The notes: a model not told the origin generated them from the sequence alone. A stretch of DNA of 64,000 nt from a virus (IMGVR_UViG_3300044898_000031:12529-76528); one strand, 5' to 3'. Positions 26,204 through 35,232 are shown, counted from the stretch's first letter. Numbers and translations are program-made.

Positions 26204-28054
26204 TCAATAAACAATAATACCAAACTTACCGTCGATAATCACAAAGTGACTCTGCGCAGCAGGGCTTACGGCAAAAGTGATTGTATAATGCGAACTGCCA
26301 CCCGTATTGGTTGCTGTAATCGTTACTGCTGTAGGGCTGTACACCGCAGTCGGCAAGCCCGATATAACACCTGTAGCGGCGTTTAAAGATAACCCCTGCG
26401 GTAATGCGACATCACTCGTATAGGATGTTGGGATACCACCCGTATTCGTTGGTGTCAGGGCAGTTATCCCCTGATTCTGAATATAAGCCACCATAGAAAG
26501 CGGGTAAGTGATATTTGGGGCAACTACCGGGATGGCATTTACTTTGATCGTTATAGGTACGCTACTGCTTCCTCCTCCATTTGTTGCGGTCGCTGTATAG
26601 GTAGTTAGCGGAGAGCTTGCCAGTGGAATACCTAATATTGTCCCATTAGCGAATATAAGCCCCGCAGAGAGAGCCGGCGAAATTGACCATGAAGTAACCG
26701 CACCACCTGTATTCGATGGATTTAAGGGGGTTATAGCCGTCCCTACTGTTGCGGTGAGCGTGTTGGGGGAATAGGATATATTAGGAGGGACTATAACCGG
26801 AGCTTTAACAACAATTGTTAAAGGCACACTACTCGTACCGCCTGAGTTATGCGCCACCACAGTATAGGTAGCCGACACGGTGACAGCACCGGGTATCCCG
26901 CTAATAATCCCCGTTGTGCTATTGATGCTTAACCCCGAAGGGAGTGCAGGCGATACGGTGTAGTTTACGATTGCCCCGCCAAAGCTATTGGACACAATGC
27001 TTACTATCGGTAAGCCTACCGTAAACGAATAAGAGGTAGGGGAATAACTAATACTCGGCGGCGCGACTACAGGGGTGCATGCAGGCCATAGCGGGTTAGG
27101 CAGGATGGATGCGTTTAACGCAGTACTGGTGGTATTACTTGCCCAACCAGTAGGCGAGAAAGCCGTACTGGGGTCAAACCAGTAGTTAAACACGTTCCCG
27201 TTGGCTGCGTTACAGCGAACGTTATTGAACGCCATGGTAATATTATTTGACGGTTGTCCGGAATAATTACCAAATGCGATGCCTACTGAAGTGTAAGATG
27301 TTTGTGCTAAATAACCTGTGTTATAACTCATTTCAATAAACGTACCACCTTGCACCTGTGCGCACACACTGCCACAGTTCACAAATGTATTACTATCGCA
27401 TCGTTGATATGAACCACCAACGTCCCCTCCAACCATGCCAACATAGCCTGTTCCCGGTGGATTATTAGAACCATTTAAGCATTGATTTCTACAAGCCCGT
27501 ATAGGACTTGCGGGAGTTCCATTACATTTATACAAAGAAAATTGGTCGCCTATTCCCGGGCCGCTCACGTCATGATAGGATTTATTATCTAAAATCTGAA
27601 TTGATGGCCCATTACACCCATTCAATTGAACCGAACTACCCCCTCCATCACTTGATGATGCTGTAACATTTGGATCAATAATATTATGGAAATAATTATA
27701 CCAAATATGAATATTACTTGTATTACCTGTCGTTCCATTTATTCCACGCCAACCGGACTCAAAGAAACAAGTGTCTATTGTGATATTGTAACATCCTGAA
27801 TTTATCCTTATCAACCCTGATAAAGCCGTACTATTTTTAATGATACATTTAGTAATGTGTACATCATGAACTCCCGCAGGAATGTTTATACCCACTGTAG
27901 CTGTGCCACCGAGGTCAATTGATTTTCCTGAAATAGTTGTGTTTGATGTTGCTGTGATTGCGCCGCTTGAGGTAAATGTTCCGCAACCGGGGACGGCTTG
28001 CGCCAAAGAGAACAAAGGTAAAATTGTGAGAAAGAACAGGATCAATCGTTTCAT
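26204..28054 (-). CDS. Secreted right-handed beta-helix protein with three putative Ig (He_PIG-type) repeats
   Basis: Signal peptide MKRLILFFLTILPLFSLA|Q; Asn/Cys-rich beta-helix repeats; three 'LPSGLSINSTTGIISG.P'-type repeats. Confidence 0.8.
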   Translation of the reverse strand: MKRLILFFLTILPLFSLAQAVPGCGTFTSSGAITATSNTTISGKSIDLGGTATVGINIPAGVHDVHITKCIIKNSTALSGLIRINSGCYNITIDTCFFESGWRGINGTTGNTSNIHIWYNYFHNIIDPNVTASSSDGGGSSVQLNGCNGPSIQILDNKSYHDVSGPGIGDQFSLYKCNGTPASPIRACRNQCLNGSNNPPGTGYVGMVGGDVGGSYQRCDSNTFVNCGSVCAQVQGGTFIEMSYNTGYLAQTSYTSVGIAFGNYSGQPSNNITMAFNNVRCNAANGNVFNYWFDPSTAFSPTGWASNTTSTALNASILPNPLWPACTPVVAPPSISYSPTSYSFTVGLPIVSIVSNSFGGAIVNYTVSPALPSGLSINSTTGIISGIPGAVTVSATYTVVAHNSGGTSSVPLTIVVKAPVIVPPNISYSPNTLTATVGTAITPLNPSNTGGAVTSWSISPALSAGLIFANGTILGIPLASSPLTTYTATATNGGGSSSVPITIKVNAIPVVAPNITYPLSMVAYIQNQGITALTPTNTGGIPTSYTSDVALPQGLSLNAATGVISGLPTAVYSPTAVTITATNTGGSSHYTITFAVSPAAQSHFVIIDGKFGIIVY

Positions 28055-28109
28055 AATTGTAAATTAATTTATGCAACTAATTTACAATTATTTATGAAAA
28101 TAAAAATGA

Positions 28110-28391
28110 TTAAAACCTGTTATGAAAGCGGATATATTTCCAAAGGTATAGCATAACAATACACATCGGCAGGTTAAGAATTAATATCCGGATAAGAGCC
28201 GTTGCGTTCGGGGGCCATATCAAAAAGAAAATACCAGCGCCACCGTATACCCAGATTTTACAAACAAATAAGGCAATCAGCAACTTGCGTAACATCCCAT
28301 TTTTAGAGCGGTAAAACTCGTATGCTATCCCGACCGACATCAGGCAGATAACAAGCATTACTATTTCAATTGCGATAAGGTTAAGGTTCAT
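28110..28391 (-). CDS. Small multi-pass membrane protein
   Basis: 93 aa, about 3 hydrophobic helices. Confidence 0.7.
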   Translation of the reverse strand: MNLNLIAIEIVMLVICLMSVGIAYEFYRSKNGMLRKLLIALFVCKIWVYGGAGIFFLIWPPNATALIRILILNLPMCIVMLYLWKYIRFHNRF

Positions 28392-28645
28392 TTTCTGTTT
28401 TCTAACATGGTTTTTACTGCTGTTAACACATTGGTGTTATTGTTGGTTACTCTATTGCTTTCCTCAAATTGTCTTTCTATGGTCTTTTTCCAATCTGTGC
28501 GTTCATCTCTATGCTGCCGCTCCAGTTCTTCACGCTCCCGCTTATGGTCTTGAATAACGTCCTTGATGAACTTAACGCACCATCCTATAGCTCCTATAGC
28601 GATTGCTGCAATTACACCGGGGATGCCATACTTATCTAAATCCAT
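28388..28645 (-). CDS. Holin-like single-TM plus coiled-coil protein (BhlA/UviB-like architecture)
   Basis: N-terminal TM 'YGIPGVIAAIAIGAIGW' followed by charged heptads. Confidence 0.6.
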   Translation of the reverse strand: MDLDKYGIPGVIAAIAIGAIGWCVKFIKDVIQDHKREREELERQHRDERTDWKKTIERQFEESNRVTNNNTNVLTAVKTMLENRK

Positions 28646-28701
28646 CCGAACTTTATTTTTGCTTCAATTATTACAGTTGCTGACAAGTATTTTCATTTGA
28701 T

Positions 28702-29001
28702 TTATCTTTTCATATCCCTATAAATATCTGTAATTTGTTTTCTGATGCCTTTCTGTTCATCCCTTAAATCCTTGATGTCATCTCTGATATTAGAGATTGC
28801 TAAAGTAACAGATTCGTTTACTACGCTTTTTATAAACTCCTCTTTCTCTAACCTTAATAATCTATTGGCCTCTGTTTTTTGCTGCTTAAGGTATTTAAAA
28901 TACTGGTCAACGCCCCAGCCAAAGCCAAACACGCCGCTTACGCAAGCGGTAATCCATTTAAATAAAGCGATCCAATCCGGTTCAGGTGGTGGTATTGCCA
29001 T
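28702..29001 (-). CDS. Holin-like single-TM plus coiled-coil protein
   Basis: Start MAIPPPEPDW at 29001 preferred; TM then heptads. Confidence 0.6.
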   Translation of the reverse strand: MAIPPPEPDWIALFKWITACVSGVFGFGWGVDQYFKYLKQQKTEANRLLRLEKEEFIKSVVNESVTLAISNIRDDIKDLRDEQKGIRKQITDIYRDMKR

Positions 29002-29008
29002 TTTGTTT

Positions 29009-29446
29009 TTAATCTGATAGTAAGTCATGTCTTGATCCGCTTATTAGTATTAACAGGGTTACAATAAACGTACCGATATTTAAAGCTAAAAAATAAACAT
29101 AAGGGTCACTAATTTTGCCGAAATAAACTCCTGTAATCAGGACGTAAGTTAAAACAATGGCTACTTTAAAGCAATTTAATATTTGCCTTTGAATAAAATG
29201 CCTTACGCCCATAAACTCAAAAATAAAAACAGAGCTAATGCCTAACCCCATAATCGCATTACGCCACTTATCTTTAAACCAGATACACTCCATCATGTCC
29301 ATTTTAACAGTGGCAAGTATATAGTAAAAACGAGTTATGCTTACAGAAAATATCAGCAGGCACAAGCAGGTAACCCCGGTTAAGGAGAATACATTCTTGC
29401 CTATCTTTATTATCCAGTCAATAAGTGATCCTATAAAAAGTTTCAT
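29009..29446 (-). CDS. Four-TM membrane protein
   Basis: ATG at 29446 overlaps the stop of the upstream peptide gene (ATGA); four hydrophobic segments. Confidence 0.7.
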   Translation of the reverse strand: MKLFIGSLIDWIIKIGKNVFSLTGVTCLCLLIFSVSITRFYYILATVKMDMMECIWFKDKWRNAIMGLGISSVFIFEFMGVRHFIQRQILNCFKVAIVLTYVLITGVYFGKISDPYVYFLALNIGTFIVTLLILISGSRHDLLSD

Positions 29447-29643
29447 GCGGCGGGTATCCATACACATGCACCGTTTGAGCATACCCAATAGCCGTTAGTT
29501 GTTTTACCAGGGCCTGAACATGCCGGGTTGCATGTGGTGCTAACCTCAGGGTGAACGATACCGAATTGGTCTCTTGTAACATAGCCTGCTACGGTGGCGA
29601 ATGTTTCTGGTGATAATGTTTGTAAGTAATCTTTGATTTCCAT
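29443..29643 (-). CDS. Small Cys-rich peptide (C-x3-C-x12-C-x4-C)
   Basis: 66 aa; Cys38/42/55/60 confined to the C-terminal half; A-rich leader. Confidence 0.7.
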   Translation of the reverse strand: MEIKDYLQTLSPETFATVAGYVTRDQFGIVHPEVSTTCNPACSGPGKTTNGYWVCSNGACVWIPAA

Positions 29644-29661
29644 TTTATTGTGTTTTTAAAG

Positions 29662-30036
29662 TTAATTCTGTTTTGCCAGCCGTTTAGTATTTAAAAAAAT
29701 CCAGGTATATAGCTTTGTTTGTAAAGCCGTCCATTTTGAGTAAACACTTGCGGGCATATCCTTTTTCACGGTGGTTAATAGCGAACCTGATTTATCATAA
29801 TACCTTAGCTCTAACTGAATGTTTATGGTGGTATCACTGGTTATGTGCGCTAATATATCTACAGAACGCACTGAATCCCCTAAGGCATTTGCGGGGATAT
29901 TAACAATCTCCTGCCCGTATTTAGGCATCCAAAGCGAATCATTTAAAGTCAGGTTCTTAGACTTTACTTTAATCATTGTTTGTGCATTTGCGCCGATAGC
30001 TGCTATCAGGAGCAAAAAGGTTAAGTATTTTTTCAT
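29662..30036 (-). CDS. Secreted small protein, candidate fibre-associated or chaperone factor
   Basis: Signal peptide MKKYLTFLLLIAAIGANA|Q; ATGA coupled. Confidence 0.7.
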   Translation of the reverse strand: MKKYLTFLLLIAAIGANAQTMIKVKSKNLTLNDSLWMPKYGQEIVNIPANALGDSVRSVDILAHITSDTTINIQLELRYYDKSGSLLTTVKKDMPASVYSKWTALQTKLYTWIFLNTKRLAKQN

Positions 30037-30476
30037 CTGTAATCTCCTAATAAAGTTATTCTTAAATTTAATGTGCTGCCTGTTACCGTTGCCGCCGTCA
30101 CCTTAACAAATATGCCTGTATTCGCAGGAACTGACGTTGCTATTGTTGCCAGTGTCGGGTACATGATACTATTTAGCGTGTACAAGCTAGTTAAGGTTGT
30201 TGCGGGTACTATGTTATTGTAATTGGGGCTGTTAGTACCCACCGATACAATGGCAGGAACAGTAAGTACGGTAACATTACTGCTCATTATCTCACAAACA
30301 GCCAAAAGCGGATAAAACATCTCTGTCCCATTTTCGGTCGTCCCTATCTGTGTGGATGCGGAGGAAAGCAAACTGATGTTCGTTTTAGGGAACCGCTCCA
30401 ATGGCCTGTTCCCCGCGCCCTGTGCGAAAAGTAATGCGGGTGAAAGTAATAAAAATAATAAGATAAGATTTTTCAT
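30033..30476 (-). CDS. Secreted small beta-sandwich protein
   Basis: Signal peptide MKNLILLFLLLSPALLFA|Q; Thr/Val-rich strands. Confidence 0.7.
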   Translation of the reverse strand: MKNLILLFLLLSPALLFAQGAGNRPLERFPKTNISLLSSASTQIGTTENGTEMFYPLLAVCEIMSSNVTVLTVPAIVSVGTNSPNYNNIVPATTLTSLYTLNSIMYPTLATIATSVPANTGIFVKVTAATVTGSTLNLRITLLGDYR

Positions 30477-30478
30477 AT

Positions 30479-33400
30479 TTAATAAGTAAAAAAGTTTCCG
30501 GATGAAGCAACATAATAAACCCTTATGTTGCCATAATTTGTATTGATTGTTTTACTTGATGCACCGTCAATAGTTTTACCTGAAGGTGCATTTATAGTGA
30601 TATTGTTTGTTCCTGCTGTTCCAGCCTCATCTTTGATGATTTGCTGTTGCTGATCTGTCAGCGCGATTAAGGTAACGGTACGGGCGGCTGTAAGTGACGT
30701 GTACGAAATCAGGTAGTCGGTCGATAAGGCGGTGTATGCAACGTCCGAAACGGTAGTTCGGCTGTTCAGATAATTAGTGCTGTTTACACTCACTAAGTTC
30801 TTGTTTGCGTCTGTGCCTACAAGTTTTGAAGCTGTGAGTCCGTCCAAGTGAAATGCTCCTGTTCCGATCCATGCTGAAAAATTATTAACCCCGGTAGCCA
30901 CCGCATTCCCCACGTATAACGAAGCTGTATTAGTTACCGAACCTGTTCCTACCAGTGTAATTGTGCCGAGTGGGTTAGCTACAACAGTTGCGGCCCATGG
31001 TACAGTTGTGGCTGTTCCTACCTGAAATGGTGTTGAGCCGAATATAGCGTTTGAATAAGTAGTGCCATTTGCAACAAGTGAGTTAGTATTACCGTTAAAT
31101 AGAACTCTATAATTATTGGTTGCTGCACCGGCATATATAGCACCTGTTGATGTAGTTGTTGTGGTAGATGTGCCCCCGTTCGCATTAAAATTAGCTGTAC
31201 CCCCTGAAGCGGTGAATATACCCTGATTACCTTGTATAAAACCTCCTATAATGCTTCCGTTTGTGGTGAAAGTCCCACTATTTGTAAGTGTTAGCGAACC
31301 TGAATTATCCAAAACCATTCTTGTAGTATATGACGGCGTACTTGATGAACCCCTTGAGGATGCCCATGTAAGTGTGGTGGTTGGTGCTGCCCCGCTTGTT
31401 ACATCAGCATATTGTATCCAGTCGGCATAATTATCGGCAGCCGTTGTGGTGGTATTCCATACATGCGCACCCAAATGAAGTGATGGCGATATTTGTCTTG
31501 GTACGCCTGATGTGGATAGTGTATTATTTTGCAAGAAAAGCGCATCCGTTGGAGTAATGACGATGTTGTTTTGCTGAAAGGTATTTAACCCTGTCCATAT
31601 ATTGGCTGCTGTTAAGGAAACACCCTCATTGTAATCCACCCACCAGCTTGCTGCGGTTGTACCACTTGTTAAGATACACGTAAATACAGCAGATGACCCG
31701 GCAGGCATAATACGCACCGTGTTACCTCCAGATGATTGCACCGTAACCACTCCTGTACTTGAATTTTTTATAGATATGGAATAGTTAAACACCAATGTTG
31801 ATGCTACAGGCAGTACGCATGTTTGTGTTGTTGTGCCTGTAAATATTGTTTTATTTGGAGAGCCTACCGTAAGGGTGGTTGTCCCGGCTGCTGTAGCTAT
31901 ACTTTGCCCGTTTTGAATTAGGTTGTTAATTGTTGAGTTGGCATTAGCATCACGGGAAACAATAGTACTTGCAGTGGCAGCATTGGTAGCATCGGTAGTG
32001 ATCGTAACTGCTGCTGACCCATTATAAGATGAACCTCCGGATGTAAGATGTGTGTCAAATGTCAGTGCATTAAGATTTGACCCTAATGATACGCCGCTAA
32101 TGGTTGAGTTGACTAAACCAGCGTTTGGTAATCCTGTAGCATTGGCAAGTGTTAATGATGCCGGAGTTCCAAATACACCACCGTTGGGAATAGTCACCGT
32201 CCCTGTGAAAGTTGGCGAAGCGATGTTGGCCTTTAAAGTAATATTACTTGTGTTGGTAGCAATATTGGTGGTATTGGTTGTAATCCGTCCACTCAAATTA
32301 TTATAATCAGTCAACGCCCCTGCTTTGCTTTTTAAAACTGTAGTATCCGCGCTGATAGTCCTATTTGCCGAAAGGTCGCCAATGGTTTGCATACCTAATC
32401 CTGCTGTTAAAGTGCGGGTTGTTGGAACATAACCATTAAACTTGGTTTGAAGTGCTGAAAGTGAGTAACTATTTGCTACGGTTCTGAATACTGCACTGTC
32501 GACTTTTGGTGCTGCATCGCTTCGCATGAACGTAACAGCAGAACCATTTACAGCCGAAGTCCCTGCTGTTGCTGTCGGATTAGCACCCGTAGGAACTGTA
32601 ACCCCGCTTACCGCATTATCTACATACGTCTTAACTGCATTTTGAGTTGGGTATAGTGTATTGCTTGTTCCTAAAGTAGTAGTAGTTGATTTATTGGCGA
32701 CTTTCTCTAACAAAGCCTCGAATGTGCTTGATATATCAATTACAGGCGTTGCACCTCCTGTAGAAGTAATTCGGTTAGTTGTTCCTGAAACAGAGGTGAC
32801 ACCCGATGAAATAGTCCCCTTAACACTATCTGCTTTGGCTTTGGCGGTACTGTCTGTATATGATTTGTTTACTAAGCTGTTTCCCCAATATAAGGCATGA
32901 TTAACACCCGATATTTCAATTCCATTGTGAGTAGTATTATCAATGCCCTGAATAGCCGAATGAAAACCTACGCGCGGTGTCGTCTCTATAAATATGGCAA
33001 CCTGATGCGATATGTCTTTATTTTGAATAATATCAAACCTGTCATTACCAATATTTACATCGGTATAATTTGCTGAATCCCGGCTGCCTGATGGATTGTC
33101 CCCGGTTACAAAATGATAACCTGAATACGAGCCGTAATTATGAAAATCAAACAGGTTTCCGTTCAGGTCTAAATCAAAGTTACCAGTTAGTGTACCGCCC
33201 AAGTTAACTGTACTATCCCCGATTGCTGTTGTACCGCTTCCGTCAACAATATGCGAACCGCCTCCACCGCTACCAGTTCCCACGTTCCCACCCGCATCAA
33301 CTACTAACGAAGTGCCCCCCGTTATCGCTGGCAAGTCCAGTATTGTCATGCCACCTTTTACTTTTAACGCCCCGTTAACCCCTGCGCCTGTTGCCGGGCC

Positions 33401-34657
33401 TGTAATATTTACGGTATAGGCTGAATCTATTGTTGCCCCGCCTATATTAATAATATGCAGTGGTTTTATTGCTATTTGGTTGAACATGGAATAGCTCCCA
33501 CCAGCCGCAGCAGTCACGTCCTGATTGCCGATAATAAACCCGGAATAATCCGTGCCTGATAAGGGGTTGGCAGAAGTTGACCCCCGCATAAATGCCCGGT
33601 AAGCTACTGTGCTATGGTCTGATATTAATAGCTTTGGATTGGTACTTGTATTTACCCCGCTCCCAAATACGGCAAAGTCGGATGACTCCCTCGCGCCGGG
33701 GTTGGACTGGTAAACGCCTTCAAGTGGTGTGCCAATTATAGGCCCTGTAAAAGCAAGCGTATCGCCGTGTTGATGTACAGTTACGTTTGACCTGAAATTC
33801 AATGGCAGAAAAGGTAAAACCAATGTGTCCACCTTTAGCGTATCATTACTCGTCCGTAGTCCGAAGCCGATATGCGCCGTATGTGCGGTCAGTGTATCCT
33901 TTAAAGCTGTTTGGGTAACTACATTTATCGTATCCACTGAAAATACATTAGCGGATAATTTCAGCCCGAACCCGGCATTATAAATCGCCTGATTACTGAA
34001 AAAAAGGTTTCCTGCCCCGTCCGTTTGTATTACCTGCCCGCTCAGCCCGTCGTTTGCCGGGAGGATATATTTTCCTCCAATAGTAAGCGTGTCTGTCCTT
34101 AATGACCTCACCCACGGCGTAGCGGTATTTTGCTGTATTAAGGGGTTAGCAAGAACAAACTGATTGATTGGCCCGGGTGGGATTATTATTGTACCCGTAG
34201 GAGTGATTAACACAGCCCCTGCGCGAAGGTCGCCATGCGGTATACTTGGCTCTACCGGATTAGGAGAAAGTATCCCTACGGCGATGTGAATGCCGTTATT
34301 GGCACTGTCGGCATAAACCGTCTCATACCGTGAGTAAACACTGTCTCTTGGTTGCAGGGTAAAGTTGGCAGGAGATGATAAAGTATATACCGTATTACTG
34401 ATATTCCAACTCCCTGCGCTTACAGTTAGCGTCGAGCCGGATACCGAAAGATTAAGACCTGATAATATTTGATTATATGATTGGTATTGCCCAAAATCAA
34501 AGTACTGGTATGTTAAACCATTAAACATCCATCTATGATGGGTTGACTGGTCATAATACATGGTTGCCTGTGGCATTTGTACAGGCTGCAATGGCTTTGT
34601 TTGTGACTTAACTAAAAACGGGCACAACAATAAAAAGTATAAAAGTAATTTTTTCAT
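30479..34657 (-). CDS. Tail-fibre-like protein (1392 aa) with N-terminal Sec signal peptide
   Basis: ATG at 34657 overlaps the upstream stop (ATGA); MKKLLLYFLLLCPFLVKS|Q; fibre motifs 'PANDGLSGQVIQTDGAGNL', 'YNAGFGLKLSANVFSV', 'GTPASLTLANATGLP'; C-terminal 'IIKDEAGTAGTNNITI...IDG' domain. Confidence 0.8.
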   Translation of the reverse strand: MKKLLLYFLLLCPFLVKSQTKPLQPVQMPQATMYYDQSTHHRWMFNGLTYQYFDFGQYQSYNQILSGLNLSVSGSTLTVSAGSWNISNTVYTLSSPANFTLQPRDSVYSRYETVYADSANNGIHIAVGILSPNPVEPSIPHGDLRAGAVLITPTGTIIIPPGPINQFVLANPLIQQNTATPWVRSLRTDTLTIGGKYILPANDGLSGQVIQTDGAGNLFFSNQAIYNAGFGLKLSANVFSVDTINVVTQTALKDTLTAHTAHIGFGLRTSNDTLKVDTLVLPFLPLNFRSNVTVHQHGDTLAFTGPIIGTPLEGVYQSNPGARESSDFAVFGSGVNTSTNPKLLISDHSTVAYRAFMRGSTSANPLSGTDYSGFIIGNQDVTAAAGGSYSMFNQIAIKPLHIINIGGATIDSAYTVNITGPATGAGVNGALKVKGGMTILDLPAITGGTSLVVDAGGNVGTGSGGGGSHIVDGSGTTAIGDSTVNLGGTLTGNFDLDLNGNLFDFHNYGSYSGYHFVTGDNPSGSRDSANYTDVNIGNDRFDIIQNKDISHQVAIFIETTPRVGFHSAIQGIDNTTHNGIEISGVNHALYWGNSLVNKSYTDSTAKAKADSVKGTISSGVTSVSGTTNRITSTGGATPVIDISSTFEALLEKVANKSTTTTLGTSNTLYPTQNAVKTYVDNAVSGVTVPTGANPTATAGTSAVNGSAVTFMRSDAAPKVDSAVFRTVANSYSLSALQTKFNGYVPTTRTLTAGLGMQTIGDLSANRTISADTTVLKSKAGALTDYNNLSGRITTNTTNIATNTSNITLKANIASPTFTGTVTIPNGGVFGTPASLTLANATGLPNAGLVNSTISGVSLGSNLNALTFDTHLTSGGSSYNGSAAVTITTDATNAATASTIVSRDANANSTINNLIQNGQSIATAAGTTTLTVGSPNKTIFTGTTTQTCVLPVASTLVFNYSISIKNSSTGVVTVQSSGGNTVRIMPAGSSAVFTCILTSGTTAASWWVDYNEGVSLTAANIWTGLNTFQQNNIVITPTDALFLQNNTLSTSGVPRQISPSLHLGAHVWNTTTTAADNYADWIQYADVTSGAAPTTTLTWASSRGSSSTPSYTTRMVLDNSGSLTLTNSGTFTTNGSIIGGFIQGNQGIFTASGGTANFNANGGTSTTTTTSTGAIYAGAATNNYRVLFNGNTNSLVANGTTYSNAIFGSTPFQVGTATTVPWAATVVANPLGTITLVGTGSVTNTASLYVGNAVATGVNNFSAWIGTGAFHLDGLTASKLVGTDANKNLVSVNSTNYLNSRTTVSDVAYTALSTDYLISYTSLTAARTVTLIALTDQQQQIIKDEAGTAGTNNITINAPSGKTIDGASSKTINTNYGNIRVYYVASSGNFFTY

Positions 34658-35232
34658 GATATGATAAAGCCGCTTATTTGAATATAGCCTGTAGTCGGTA
34701 TAGGATATGTCCATGTGTAACTGTCTGGCAGGTTTATATCGCTGTCAATATTAATGATGGTAGGCACTGTTGCGGTATCCTGTGTATACGTTCCATCGCC
34801 GTTGGATACCCATATAGATATATCAGGGAAGTTTCCATACAAGATAGAATAGGTAGCTTGATAGCCCGATAATGAAATGGTAGTTTGTGCATTAAATAGT
34901 ATCCTTGTTGCATTGGCCGTGACATCTTGGGTGATAACAATTGAATTTGGCGGCGGTTGGTAATTCTCGTCTATCTCATTCAGTGTGGGGTCCAGCCCTA
35001 TTTTTTCACTCAGACAGATATAAACGGCTACCGCTTCACTTGAATTATAATCACCCATATTAAACTGCCTGCTCAATGCCTGTATATTAAGGTAATATTC
35101 TTGTGCTTCTTTCCAACTGACAGACCCCAATGGTGCTCCTTTAGTCAATTTTACACGGTTATCCTCAACTAAATTCGCCATAATCAGTTGAGCCGTGAGT
35201 ATCGTATTTTGTACCTGATCCTGTGTTATCAT
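34654..35232 (-). CDS. Putative tail hub or fibre-docking protein
   Basis: 192 aa between ejection genes and fibre; no signal peptide. Confidence 0.45.
   Translation of the reverse strand: MITQDQVQNTILTAQLIMANLVEDNRVKLTKGAPLGSVSWKEAQEYYLNIQALSRQFNMGDYNSSEAVAVYICLSEKIGLDPTLNEIDENYQPPPNSIVITQDVTANATRILFNAQTTISLSGYQATYSILYGNFPDISIWVSNGDGTYTQDTATVPTIINIDSDINLPDSYTWTYPIPTTGYIQISGFIIS

Noticed and set aside
28646-28696. MKILVSNCNN* in frame with the downstream holin-like gene (possible TGA read-through)
   Set aside because: Single instance, and the extension has no recognisable features; could be chance.
26204-34657. Type IX secretion C-terminal signal or autotransporter barrel on the secreted proteins
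   Set aside because: The C-termini lack the T9SS CTD pattern and no beta-barrel-sized amphipathic region was seen.
34658-34714. ORF-track start of the fibre at 34714
   Set aside because: It would overlap the upstream gene by 61 nt; the ATG at 34657 forms an ATGA coupling and gives a canonical signal peptide.
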